Position numbers and translations under genes: made by a program. The notes beneath the pieces are model-generated. The model made no database searches and had not been told where the DNA came from. It saw only the letters and a program-made list of their open reading frames with translations. Of a stretch of DNA of 64,000 bases, positions 22,101-34,630 are shown piece after piece. The stretch's first letter is position 1. Every line of letters starts with the position of its first letter. Source of the stretch: Hormiphora californensis (Eukaryota; Animalia; Ctenophora); NCBI GenBank assembly GCA_020137815.1, contig CM035361.1:5394001-5458000 (forward strand). The letters are read 5' to 3'.

Positions 22101-24544
22101 TATAATAGTGCTCCCCCATTTTAATACTCCAATTAGTGCTACCAAATTTGAAATGAAAAATTATAGTGCAACCCCAATTGTAACCGTTAAAACCCCGATT
22201 TACCGGGAATCCTTGGAAAAAGGGGTTTGCCAAAAAATTGGGTTCTAAACCTTATTCACTGCAGTAAATAAAGGTTCCGTAATCGGGGTTTTGACGCTTT
22301 TTTTTCGCATTGCGGGGAAAGAAAGTTTCCAGGGGCCCTCCTTGTTCTCCGCGCCAGGGGAAGACTCCCGTCTTACACTGACATGTTGGGGGAAACTACC
22401 GTGCCGGAATCCAGGGGTTTTGGGGCACGACTTTTTTCCCCCCACGAAAATTTGCCTCTCTCCATGACTTCGACTTTTTTCTCTCCCCCCAACTCGGATG
22501 TACCGGTTTGGAATTAAATTTTATCGTTCAAAGGAAAACCTGGGGAGTAAAGTGGATTTCAGATGTCGGAGAATGTCCACAATCGTACATCCGTTTCGGT
22601 ATAATAATGATCAAGGGGTGATCAATTGAATAATATCCCTTCATTGAGGGGGTTACTCAATTGATCATATATCAGATTTATTAATCTTTCCTCTGAACAT
22701 ACTGTATATTTAATATCGTCCCCCCCCGTAAAACCTCCTCCCTACCTCCCCCCCCCCCCCTTACATAGACACCCCATGTGTCTATGCATCACCAACCCTA
22801 CCCCTCCCCATTCACAGGAGAATGGAGCCTTCCCGAGATAGATTCACAGAATACTGCACAGAACCATAAAACCCGTGCACGTCACGGATCATAATATTCC
22901 TAAACTGGGTCGGGCAGTTGGGGAAGTACATATCTCAGGTCACTCATAAAGGTTTTTTTTTTTAAACTTTGGGTTGCCCTTAAAAAATTTCCCCTGTCAA
23001 ATTTTTAAACTTTTGTTCTTTTTTGTAATAAAATTGAAATTTAACTTTTTACTGAGCCTCATTTTTTCTTACAACTGCTTAAAACCCACCCACAAAAACC
23101 CCTAGAAAAACACCCCATAACACCCCTGAACCCCTTGGTGGCATGACACCGGGGCCAAACCCCCCGCCACGGGTCGGCTCCCCCCCAAAAAAGGTCGTTT
23201 TTTTTTAAAGGGGATGTTTCGCGATCCACGGACCGAATTACACCCCGCTTTTTTCATGGCTGAAAATTTGGGTCCTAGTTTTTCGGAAAAAACCCCGGGG
23301 GTGGGCAAAAACCCCGGGAAACCAGATTATAGATTTACTTCAGTGTCAATTTTGACCCACTTCCTGTTGAGACAAAATTTTCTCGGGTTTTTTCCATAAA
23401 CTAGGACCAAAATTTTCAGTCTCATGAAAAAAGCGGGGTGTAAACGGTCCCGTGGGTCAGTGCAAGATCTCTTGAAAGACCGACCCTATTTTAGGGGGGA
23501 GCCGACCCTTGTGGGGGGGGGGGGACAAGTAAAACCCAAAGTAAAACCGATTTTCAAGCCCACCCGCACGTTGAAATTCATTTGTTCATCCATGGGGAAA
23601 TCAGTGAGACCAAATTTAACAAGTATAATACAGGAACCGACCGCAAGTAAAAAACCCAAAAAACTGTTATTTTTGGCCCTGACGGTTTCCCTTGACTTTA
23701 GCACCAATCTGATAATTATCATTTGAATGGTAAATTCCTTCATTCACAGCGGATGATCTATCTTTTGGGATTGTATAAAAACAGTTTTCTAAAAGTTTTT
23801 TGTAAAAAGGGGATAAACCCATTTTTGTTACAAAATCAACCTAAAGACCCTTGGGAATTCTAACGAATCAAGTCAAAGTCACCGCTGAGCATACTAATTT
23901 TAAGTGAGTTTGAAGACTTATGTTATCTAAACTTTTAGATCTGAAAATACATTTTTTTTTTATTTTTTTTTGAAATCGGTGAACTTGTTTGAGCTCGGCC
24001 ACATTAAAAGAAATCCTTCGTCGAAGCTAAACATATTAAAACCTCATTTTGCAGGTTTGGTCACCATACAATAGGGAGGTTGGAGTTTAGTAGCCAAAGC
24101 ACAGGGGCCGAGGGAGAACACTGGCGCGATATGATCCAGGTACATATATTTTAGGTCAGCTAAATGATAGCTAAAAAACAATCGCTATTTGCAGAAATAT
24201 TAGCTAGCTAATATTCAATGCACAAAAACACCCACCAATCACAAGACAAAAGCTATAGCTTTTAGTCTGAAACTGCAGCACATTTCTGGCGATGACTTTG
24301 GAAATCGTTCGAGTTTGGAGGTTTTTGTGGAGCCTTTTCACGGATGCCCCCCCCCCCCTTTTTTGTAGTTTATGTTTTCACAGATGTTACGGTAATTGTT
24401 TCCATGTTTCAGTGTATAGCAAGTGATAGATCGGTGCTGAAGAGTCATTTTCTCCGGCCCCATATTAAAACAACGAAACAACCGAGATCTAAGTCCCGGA
24501 ACAACACAGCAACATCTTCCTCTTCGTCTATCACTAAACCTTAG
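19149..24544 (+). CDS. Synaptotagmin-like protein (TM + C2); 5' and middle exons corrupted by sequence errors
   Basis: The last three exons are phase-consistent: ...QVKVTAEHTNF K (ends 23903, gtgagt), 24055-24139 FGHHTIGRLEFSSQSTGAEGEHWRDMIQ, and 24413-24544 CIASDRSVLKSHFLRP...*. These match the synaptotagmin C2B end (VTV.DYD..G.N.AIG......TGAE..HW.DML...R.....H.L). Upstream candidates: a TM/Cys exon at about 19149-19283 (AGCVTLYFYMCLRGGDDEK), a basic exon at about 19455-19570, and a linker ...NIPKLG ending at 22908. Confidence 0.65.
23155..23525. mobile_element. About 370-bp foldback MITE (noisy)
   Basis: Arms gggtcggctcccc...acaccccgcttttttcatg.ctgaaaattt.ggtcctagttt and aaactaggaccaaaattttcag..catgaaaaaagcggggtgt...gggggagccgaccc. 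The ORF track shows MKKAGC on both strands. Confidence 0.7.
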
Positions 24545-25848
24545 ATATTGGATGATTTCCTATGAATATGAAGATAGGTAGATCAGTTTACACTAAATTG
24601 GACCATGTGCTATATGAATATGTTAAGTAAAGGTGAAATTAGACAATAAATGAAATCTCGATCACGGTGATATTTGACCCAATATACTTAACGATATCTG
24701 ACAGACTCTTTTTTAGTTTATAAATCACTCGAGTTTTGCCCTTTTTGTGCGTGTTTAGACGGAAATTAGGAAATTTTTTCGTGACTCCATGATCATGTAA
24801 AGAATAAGAAGAAGAGATATAGGAGCAAGAAAAGAAAGATAGATAATAACGAAGAGATAGATATAAGTGAGAGAAAAGAAGGTTGATTTATTGATGGCTG
24901 TTGATTCAATTAAGATATTTTCTATTCAACCAGAAGGCCTTTTGTCAATTCAGCAATCCGCAACATGTAGTGAAGAACACGAGACAAAGGGAGGAAAAAG
25001 GAGAGAAAAAAGGGAGAGAAAAAGAGAGAGCGATAGAGAAGAAGAGAGGAGGAGAGAGATGAGAGAGAGCGAGAGAGAGAGATAGATAGCTCTCTCTCTC
25101 CCGCTCTCTCTCTCTCTCTCCTCTCTTCTCTCGCTCTCTTCCTCCTCCTCTCTCTCTCTCTCCCTCTCTCTCTCCTCTCTACTCTTCTCTGCTCTCTCTC
25201 TCCTAATCCACTGCTCTACTTTGCGTCCCCCTCCTCATCTATCGTTCTCTCCTCTCTTCCTCTCTCTCGCTCTCGAGAAAGATAAATTTTCATTTAGATT
25301 CTGAAAAGATGGGTGTGTTGCAAGCTTTCAATTTTCTCTGTTGGAAAAGTTCATCATTTCTCAATCTGTCTGTGTATTTATTTCTAATTGATGATTTTAA
25401 ATTTTATTTTGTAAGATTCTTGTTTGATTTGGAATTAACAATTCACAACCGTAATCCGCAGTATGATCCACTTATAAATCATAAATGAAATCGGGTTTCA
25501 CCTTCGTCCTCCCTTTCTGTAAATGAACGGTTTCTTCTTTCTTCTCGTCTTCTTTTCTACGAAAAAATAACTAACTTTCAATTTTGAATATATAACATAA
25601 CATATTAGTGATAAAAAAACAGTTTTATTTGTTCAAAGTTTTGAAGTCTTAAATTAATTGAAATTGCATAACCTGGTGTTTTACTATAATAATTATAGAG
25701 ATCGCTGTCTTGTGTACCATCTAAAGAACATATATTAGTAGCGCGTGTGCATTTAGCATCATGAAACAATTGGAGGTTATCTCTCTCTCTCTCTCCCTCT
25801 ATCTCTCTGTCTCTCTCTTCTCTCTCTCTCTCTCTCCTCATCTTCTCC

Positions 25849-25879
<31 letters not shown>

Positions 25880-27754
25880 CGCCTATTCTGCCAATTACGT
25901 ACGGTGGAAAGCAATAAGCTTCCTCCTTGTTCATCATCGGATAGAAACATAAGGCGAGAGAGAGAGAGAGAGAGAGAGAGAAAAGAAGCGAGAGAGAGAG
26001 AGAAGAGGAGAGAGAGAGAGAGATATAGATATATATATAATATATATTATATATATATAGATATATATAACAGATATATATAAATCTATTTTAGTACAAT
26101 GATAACCATATCTAGCTGTCAATCGAAACATATTCTCTAGTTAATATATACTTTCAAAATTATTATCTCAATACAAATCACCTATTTACTACAATATAAG
26201 ATATCTAAGTCAAATATATCTTGAGAGAAGAGAATGAAGATAGAAATTTTAATAAACTATTACAAGCTACCTTTGGGTCCCCTCCCGTGACTCTAAGCCC
26301 TGTTACTAAATAGTGCGGAGGTACATACATAATTTATTGTTTTGACCATACCAGTGTTATACTTACAAGAGAAGCTGCATTGGGAATTAGGGAGAGAAAC
26401 AGAGACTCTCTCTTTCTCTCTTAATTCTCTCTCAGAGAGAGACACACATCACGGTAATTTGTTTTAGTGGTACAGAGACATGATTTTGAAGGTCAGTTAA
26501 GAAGATTTAAATATTTTCTTTCGTTCCTGTCTTTAATCTCTTTCATCTTATTTGCAGTTGCTGTATTTGGATCTCTCTCTCTCTACGCGTTGCTGTTCAT
26601 TTATGTATGAGAACTTAACCAACGAATCACGATCTATTGCCAATTATAAATAACTCATCATCAGCTCTTGTTGGCCGTGTTTGATATTAAATATTCGATA
26701 AAATGTACGATTGTGGCCATTATTGATTAATTTTTGTGTGTTTATACATCCCATATGTTCATGCTAGGGAAATAGCCGTGGCCTGAACCTGAGGTTCAGG
26801 CACGGCCGTTTCCCCTATAATAGCTGATTGAATTGGGCTTCATGGCTCATGCGTGTTTTCTAAGAGCAAGATTCTACGTTCATCTTCAGTGAGAGGTTAC
26901 CAATTTTACAAGTTGCACGGGGTAATTCAACATTGGCGGATATATATACAGACCCGGATCATATCCAAGACTGGATAAGGTGGATACTTTTAATCCACCT
27001 TCCAGGTCTGTATATTTATAACATATGGATATTCTGTAGGATAATTATATATTAAGTATTTATATCCATTTTTTCGCGGGTTAGATGCAAGACGCTTGTT
27101 CTCTTGCTGTTGTTTAAGCAATTCTTGGCCACCTTCCACAGCAGTATATCGCAGTCACATTATATATGTTGAATGTAAATATACTTATATATAAGTTTCT
27201 ACCGGCAAACGTCAAGCAGGCACACACATGTGTGTGTACATGCATACAGGCTAATTACACGTTGTGTGTGTGTGTCTAGGGAGGGAGATAGAGAGAGGGA
27301 GAGAGATAGAGATACGAAAGAGAGATGGTAAGTAATTCATATATAGTAGGAGAGAGGAGCGAGAGAGAGCGGAGCGTAGGAGAGAGAGAGAGCCTAGAGA
27401 GATAGATAGAGAAGAAGAGTGTGAGTGAGAGGATAGATAGAGATAATATCGTAAGACAGAAAAAGGAAGAGAGAGAGATAGAGCTAAAGGAACCATACAT
27501 GGTTTGCTTCTTTATTTTTTTGCTTCTTACAACTCTTGTCTCTTCGTTGCAATATATGTTTTGCTGGCGTGTTGCTACACCTTCAGCTTTTCTGAGGAAG
27601 GCACATAATCTGTCATGCGCAAACAGGGTCAGCTTTTTCCTGTCTTGCCCCGTAATCCGCTTTGTTATTAGCATCCAGTGCCATTACATTGAGTCTTCCC
27701 CCTTACTCAACAAGTGCCATTTATTGAGGTTCCTTGAGAATGAATAGAAGCAAA

Positions 27755-28470
27755 TTGATATATATACCGCGAGTGCACATATCACTCCCGCTCCGCGCGA
27801 CCATTTGCACGCTGCAATATGCACTGTGCTTCCGCGGGAGCGAGCATATATAGAGGTATCGGGATATCATTAAGAAAAGTGTTTCTCCGCAGTGTTTTAC
27901 ACCTTTATCAACCAAACACACATAATGCCGACTGACAAGGTACTACAAACGACAACGCAGTCTTCCTTTTTACCCACACTCATCCTCTCTCTTTCTCTTT
28001 CTACTTATCATCCCTTCTAATATCACGTTTTTGTTTGTTTGCCTATTTCCAAGAATTCCAAATCTCCCTCTCTCGTACCTCTCTCTTTATCTCTCTCTTC
28101 TTTCATTCATTCATCAACGTTTAAAACTGTCAAACGTGGTCCCCCTTGTGTGGTAAAGGTGGTACTAGTGTAAATTTTGGTGTAGTTTTGCTTAGTTTGT
28201 ACCTTGCTTTGTTCCTCATCTCTCTTTTGTAATAACCCAAAATTATGATTGTTTTGCTTTGTCATGTGTTTTCTCGCGGAATATATCTCAATAAGTCCTG
28301 CCCGGCAAGTGCAAGCGCTACTATAATCGCACTCGTTACACTCGTGCAATATAGGTGTGACCTGCACTCCACTCGCTGTCGTGCATTTTCACCTCCATAT
28401 CCTCTGCAGTGCAGAGCGTATATGGCGCGCTTTTGCCTGCGTGCAGAACGTTATGTACTATATATGCTTT
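27755..28470 (-). repeat. Dispersed repeat of about 700 bp, inverted copy of 46780-47460
   Basis: Shared blocks, e.g. tatataccgcgagtgcacatatcactcccgctccgcgcgaccatttgcacg and cacacctatattgcacgagtgtaacgagtgcgat. Matching ORF fragments MVARSGSDMCTRGIYIN and TPILHECNECD occur at both loci. Confidence 0.85.
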
Positions 28471-30381
28471 TGATAAAGAATACTTTAGATTCTTGAATGC
28501 AACAGAGATTACTATGAGAAACAGAGCTAATACAACTGATGCGATGATGTTGTTTTACTATTTTTTGATAAATCGTCCTTGTAGCCTGCAATAGTTTTGT
28601 CTTCCGTCTTTCTTCCCTTCCTCTCTAATCTCATTTCTCTCTCTCCCTAATCCCTGTATGTTTTTTCTCGTCAATCATCACAACTGATCCTAATCCCTCC
28701 CTTTCAACTTTTTCACTGATCTTTTATCTACGAACTGGTCTTTCTGCCTGTCTTTTGCCTCCACATCTCTCCTCTCCAACCACCGCTCCATCTCTCTCCT
28801 CATCCCGTCTCTCTCCTCTCATCTTCAATCTCTCCTCTCTCTCTCTCTCTCTCTATTATATATAATCTAATCTGGTTCATCACTCCGCTAATTCTCGCTA
28901 TAATGCAGCTCCCTTCAATTTATTTGTTGTAGAGCTTCTCTTGTGGATCTGAGGACCGTACGACGTCCTGGTTTTAAAGGACTATGATCAAAATGTAATA
29001 CAGATATACCAGTCCCCAAGAAAGGGAATTATGGTTTGAAGTACTTTAAAAAACTCGGGAAGAATCTCGATGTCCCAGATACGAAGTGTGACGGAAATGG
29101 TGCAACTAACAATCTAACTAGGAACGATTGACTGACTGTTTTTATGAATGAGTCATATACTTTAATTCTATATAATGCCAATTCATTCTCATTTTGATCT
29201 TTGTCTACTGATGATTGGTTGCCCTCCCCTCTTGGGGCATCATGAAACATGTGTAATAGACTTAAAAAAACTGCCTTTTGTTCTGGTTGTTTTTTGAATT
29301 ATTTGTATATATATATATATATATATAGGTTCGCTCTCTCTCTCTCTCTCTCTCGTCTCTCTCTCTCTATCTCTCTCTCTCTCTCCTCTCCTCTCTCTCT
29401 CTCCCTCCTCATCTCTCTCTCTCTCTCTCTCTCTCCTCTATCTCTCTATCCTCTCTCTCCTCTCTCTCTCTACTATCTTTCTCTCTCTCTCCTCTCCTCC
29501 TCCCTCCTCTCATCTCCCTCATCCTCCTCTCTCTCTCCTCTCCTCTCTCGGATCGAGAGAGAAAGAGAGTGAAAGAGCTCCCTCTCCGTTCGCTCCTCTT
29601 GTCTCTGGGATATCCGTCTATTCCTGCCCACAATTACCTCTCCATTAGCTAGTCACGTGCTAATTTTCCTGGATTCCTATTGGCTAGTTCAGATCACTAC
29701 CAAGTACTCGGCCCGTGTGATTGTTTTTGTTTTTAACAATCCTGTCACACCCAGACTTCTGGGGGGCCATGTGTATGTAAAAACATCAATCCAAAAACCA
29801 CCACGATAATGGACTGTGTGTGTGTGAAGCAGAGAGAGAGAGAGAGGTGAGGGAGATAGAGAGAGATGAATAATGCTGATTTTTCATTTTAATAAAAAGT
29901 AGAATTAATAGATCACTCATAAGTTTAATTATCGTCAAACAAATGATAATTGTAAAATTGCCTAGAATATAATCGATTACGAATGTTTGTGTTTAGTTTA
30001 CATCTGAAGACATCACTATTACTATCCTTTGTGGTAAATTATACATAGATTATAAAAGTAGTGGAAATTGATAGTTTCCGAAGCCGACACCGGAGAGTAA
30101 GATATTTGCTCCATTATAAAGTCGTAACTGAACCTCAGTTCAGTTTACGCTATAGTTTACTCCTTTAAAAAACCCCCCCCTCCAGGTTTCAGTAACATCT
30201 ACTTCTCGAAATTTCAGGGAAGTTTTCAGTGAACCATTATATACCTGAGGTTTCAGGGTTAAATAGCTATGAACCTTATACCTGAGGTTCAGACCCGATT
30301 ATAATAGATTATTGATTGCATTGTTATGTTTATTGATTTACTTATCACAATCAATGAATTGATTTTACTTTAGCCGCCTCT

Positions 30382-30440
<59 letters not shown>

Positions 30441-33400
30441 CTCTCTCTCACTCTCCCCTCTCTCCTCTCACCCTCTCCTCTCTCTCTCTCTCTCTCACTC
30501 TCATCTCTCTCAACTCTCCTCTCCTCTTCCCATTGTCTCAGTGTTGTGTCAATGACAGTGGATCAGCCGGATGTGCCACAATCACGTGAATGGTTTAGCA
30601 AGGGCTAAGTGAAGAGAGAGAGTGTGTGTATGTGCGAAGAGAGAGAAAAGGAGAGAGAGAAAAAGAAAGAGTGCGCTGAGAATATATATAGAGAGAAGAT
30701 ATGCATCTATATATAGCGATAAGAGAGAGTAGTATAGATAGACTAGGAGAGGAGATATACTATATCTCTCTCTCTCTCGCTCTCTATCGCTACTAGCTCT
30801 ATCGCTCTCACTCCTCTCGTCTCTCTCTCTCTTCTCTCTCTCTAGTCTCTATACGCTCCTCTCTCCTTCTCTCTCTCTCTCTACTACTCTCTCTCTCTCT
30901 CCTCTCGCCGCTCTCTCTCCTCTCTCTCTCCTCTCTCTCTCTCTAGCGCTCTCTCTCTCCTCCCTCATCTCTCTCTCTCTCTCGTCTCTCTCTCTCTCTA
31001 TCTCTCTCTCTCTCTCTCTCTCTTTCTTCTCCTCTCTCTCTCTCTCTCCCTCTCTCTCTCTCTCGCTCTCCTCTTATCCTCCCTTCTTTCTCTCTCCCCC
31101 ACGCCCACCTGGCCCCTCTCTCCCTCCCCCCGACAAAACTGAGGCCAAAGGATGCATGAAAATAGTAACCAGAGCAGGGAGCTCAGTAAGTGAATCCAGT
31201 GAGGCGTGATTAACAGCCATGCTGCTCGAGACAGTAATATACCAACATGGAAAAGTGTTTGTGAGCTGCATTGGGATTGCAGTTTGTTCCACCATCTCTC
31301 TCTTTCTTATGCACATAACAACATTGGAAGTTTTGACTGAAAACCGACATTTTTTGTGATTTTATACCGTTTTAGATTGAGCTTGATATCGTGCAAAAAT
31401 CTATGAGAAATAATTTTCACCGCAATTTTTTCTCAGTCCGTATTTATCTCTCTCTGCTCTCCATCTATCTCTCCCTCTCTCTTTCTGCTTTCTTTTCTGC
31501 TTTCTCTCTCTCTCTCCGCTCATCTCTCGTCTCCTCCTCCTCTCTCTCTCTCTCTACTCCCGTCAGCTCCTCTCCTCTCTCTCTCTCTCTCTCTACAGAC
31601 TCTCCGGCTCAATACACACAAGCCACTTCTCTTTCTCTCTCTCTCATCTTCCATCTCCCCTCCTCCTGTCCTTCTCTCATACCTTCCCTCTCTCGCTCCT
31701 GTGTTCTCTCCGTCGCTCTCTCCCTCTCTCACTGTCCCTTTCTTTTTCTCTCACCATCAACTGTCCTCTCTCTCTCTCTCACTCTTTTAGTTATCCTCTC
31801 ACTATCTCGTTTCCCGTTCTCAAGCTCCATTTTTAACTGGTGGTAACATGCAGTGAACGGGTCGATAAATCACTTTTTGCAGTGCTCTACCTACAATGAT
31901 TTTAAGTATAGATGTTCTGTAGGGTCTGACTGTGGTTTGAAACCCCCTAGGAGCACGGAGCTTTTTGCTGAATCACCTTTTCGAACGAATCCAGCCACAA
32001 CGCAACCGGGCAGATCCGTGTAGGACGAGATATTGATTATTCAGAATAAAGAGATTTACTGTTATTATACTTACCTTGAATTGCCGATTTACCGTGACTG
32101 CCATAATCAAGGTTATATTAATAGTTACCTCTGTCATGGGACAGACATGTAGAAAAAATTTCCAAAGAATTTTCTACCAAATTAATCTAGCTCGGCCAAA
32201 TTTTAATTAAAACGCGTGAGATAGTTTCAGCCCTCTAAACTTTTTCAGCCATAGAATTATACGGTACGTGCCTTAATTAATTGTACAAGGCCTAATACAC
32301 TTTCGTATTAAACTGTTTCCATATTTCGATACTGCCAAATTACTTCTCTCTTTCATTATCCTTTCACCTTCCATTCACGCATTACGATTCTGTGCTCCTC
32401 ACATCAGCATTCTCCTCCTTCACTGGCCCATTTTAAATTGTTTCCCTCTAGAAGAAGCTTCTTGCACCTCCAATTAGCTATGCAGACTATCTCTCTATCC
32501 TATGCCATACTATCTTCATCACATCTATCCATATAAAATATCCTGTCCATCTCGCTTTGAGGATGAATAGCGATGTAGTTATATGTAGTTTGTCAAGCTG
32601 AGACAAGCTAGTTGATATACATTGGTGTAATAACATTAGATATACGTTGGAGAATATAAGAGAGCATGATATATCTCCCTTTATCTTTTTTAACTCTCTT
32701 TGCATCCCTTTCTTTCTATTTTTTATTTTCCTTTTCTATCGCTTTTCATCTCTTTTATTTGTTATATGTACATCTCATTCTTTCTGCTATTTGTTTTGCT
32801 TTTCTTCGTTACAATTTTATGCTACGTTATATTATTATTTTCTCCTATTATTTAAATTCCATTTTCTCCTTTTATCATATGCCTATCTTTTGCGTTTTGT
32901 TCTATTTTTGTGGCCAGTACCGTACTTCATTTTTAGGAAAATAACATAGAAGAAAAAAGCGAAGAAAAAAGGAGAATCATGAACGAGAGATCACGTAAAA
33001 TGGGGATTCATAGGATTTAAATGAGAATAAAGATAGAGAAGGAGAGGAATAGAGATAACTTATCGCATTGTGTGTGTGTGTTAAATTTCCGCTTTATTTA
33101 TCCCATCTACCAAAGAGAGAGAGAGAGAGGAGAGAGATGCGAGAGAGAGCGGAGAGAGATATAGGAGATTAATATAGAGAGCAATTATAGATACAGATCG
33201 CTGGTAGCGAGATCGAGAGAGATAGAATGAGAGACTAGAGAGGAGAGGAGATCGAGTGAGGGGTGAGAAGTGGGAGCGTAGAGCTCCTCTCATCTCTTCT
33301 CTCTCTCTCTCTCTCTGCTCTCTTCTCTCTCTCTGCTCTCGCTCGCTCTCCTGCTCTCTCCTTCTCTCTCTCTCTCTCCTCCTCTCTCCTATCGTCTCCT

Positions 33401-33480
33401 ACTCTCTCTCTCTCTCTCTCTCTTCTTCTCTCTCTACTCCCTTGCCTCTCTCTACTTCTCCTCTCTCTCTCTCGCTTCTC

Positions 33481-33514
<34 letters not shown>

Positions 33515-34597
33515 CTCTCTCTCTACTCATCTTCCTCTCTCTCTCTCTCTCTCTGCTGCTCCTCTCCCTCTCTTCTTTTCTCCCCGGTCTCCCCCCCTCC
33601 TCTCCCCTAACTGGTTTTTCGCACTGTAAAATCGAGTTACCCGGATTATACACCTAGTTTTTTAATTTATAAAAACTCGGGCACTAACGTTGTGCTGTTA
33701 TTTGGATAGGTTTTTGAAATAATTAGAGTGGAAAATTAATTTGTTTGTTTATTTTCATAGATAAAGGATGAGCCATCAAATCGTGCGATTCCTTGTAGAA
33801 TATTGACATTAACTGCGCAACACCAACTGCAGTCGGATCTAGTCGATTTACCGAAAACAAAACCGAACTCCAATAATCCCGACGAATAAACTTCCCCGAT
33901 GTAGGAAATAACAACGTTTTTTACGATTATCATATAGTTATTGTGGGATTGTCAAATTTTGTGATGATCATACAACAATTTGTGAATTACTGTTGAAAGA
34001 AGTCAGGCCATCAGCCATCTAGAACTTTGTTGGCCCGTTTATACTTATCGAAATTTATGTATCGAGGTTTATATAGTATATCAAAGGTCGAAGTCTAACT
34101 TGATTTTTTTCTTACACATGAGAGGGATTTATGACAGAATTCCTATGTTAAAAGTTAAAAGTTCATTCCTTCACCATATCTCAGTATCTTTGTTGTGAAC
34201 AGGTTCCTCTACGCATCATACTGTCATAGTGTCATACATTCTTCGTATTTTATAGCTCATACCTAATTTTCAATTTGATTCTCTTCACTCTCTTCACTCT
34301 CTAATTTTTTCTTTCTCTTCACTCTCTCTTTCTTTCATTTCTTCTTACTTTTCCTCTCTTCATCGAGGGCTCGAAGTCTTCTCTCTATCATCAGACTTGG
34401 GTATTTTTACATCTACTATGAGTATTCACGTTCCGCGGAAAGAAAGAGTACCATTTGATATGTTGAGAGAGAGACGAGGAGAGAGATAAGAGAGAATAAT
34501 ATATATATTATGAATAAAGAGATCTACTTATCGCATATATATAGATAGATAGAGATATTATTTTCATATATATGCCATCTCTCCTCCTCTCTCCTCT

Positions 34598-34630
<33 letters not shown>

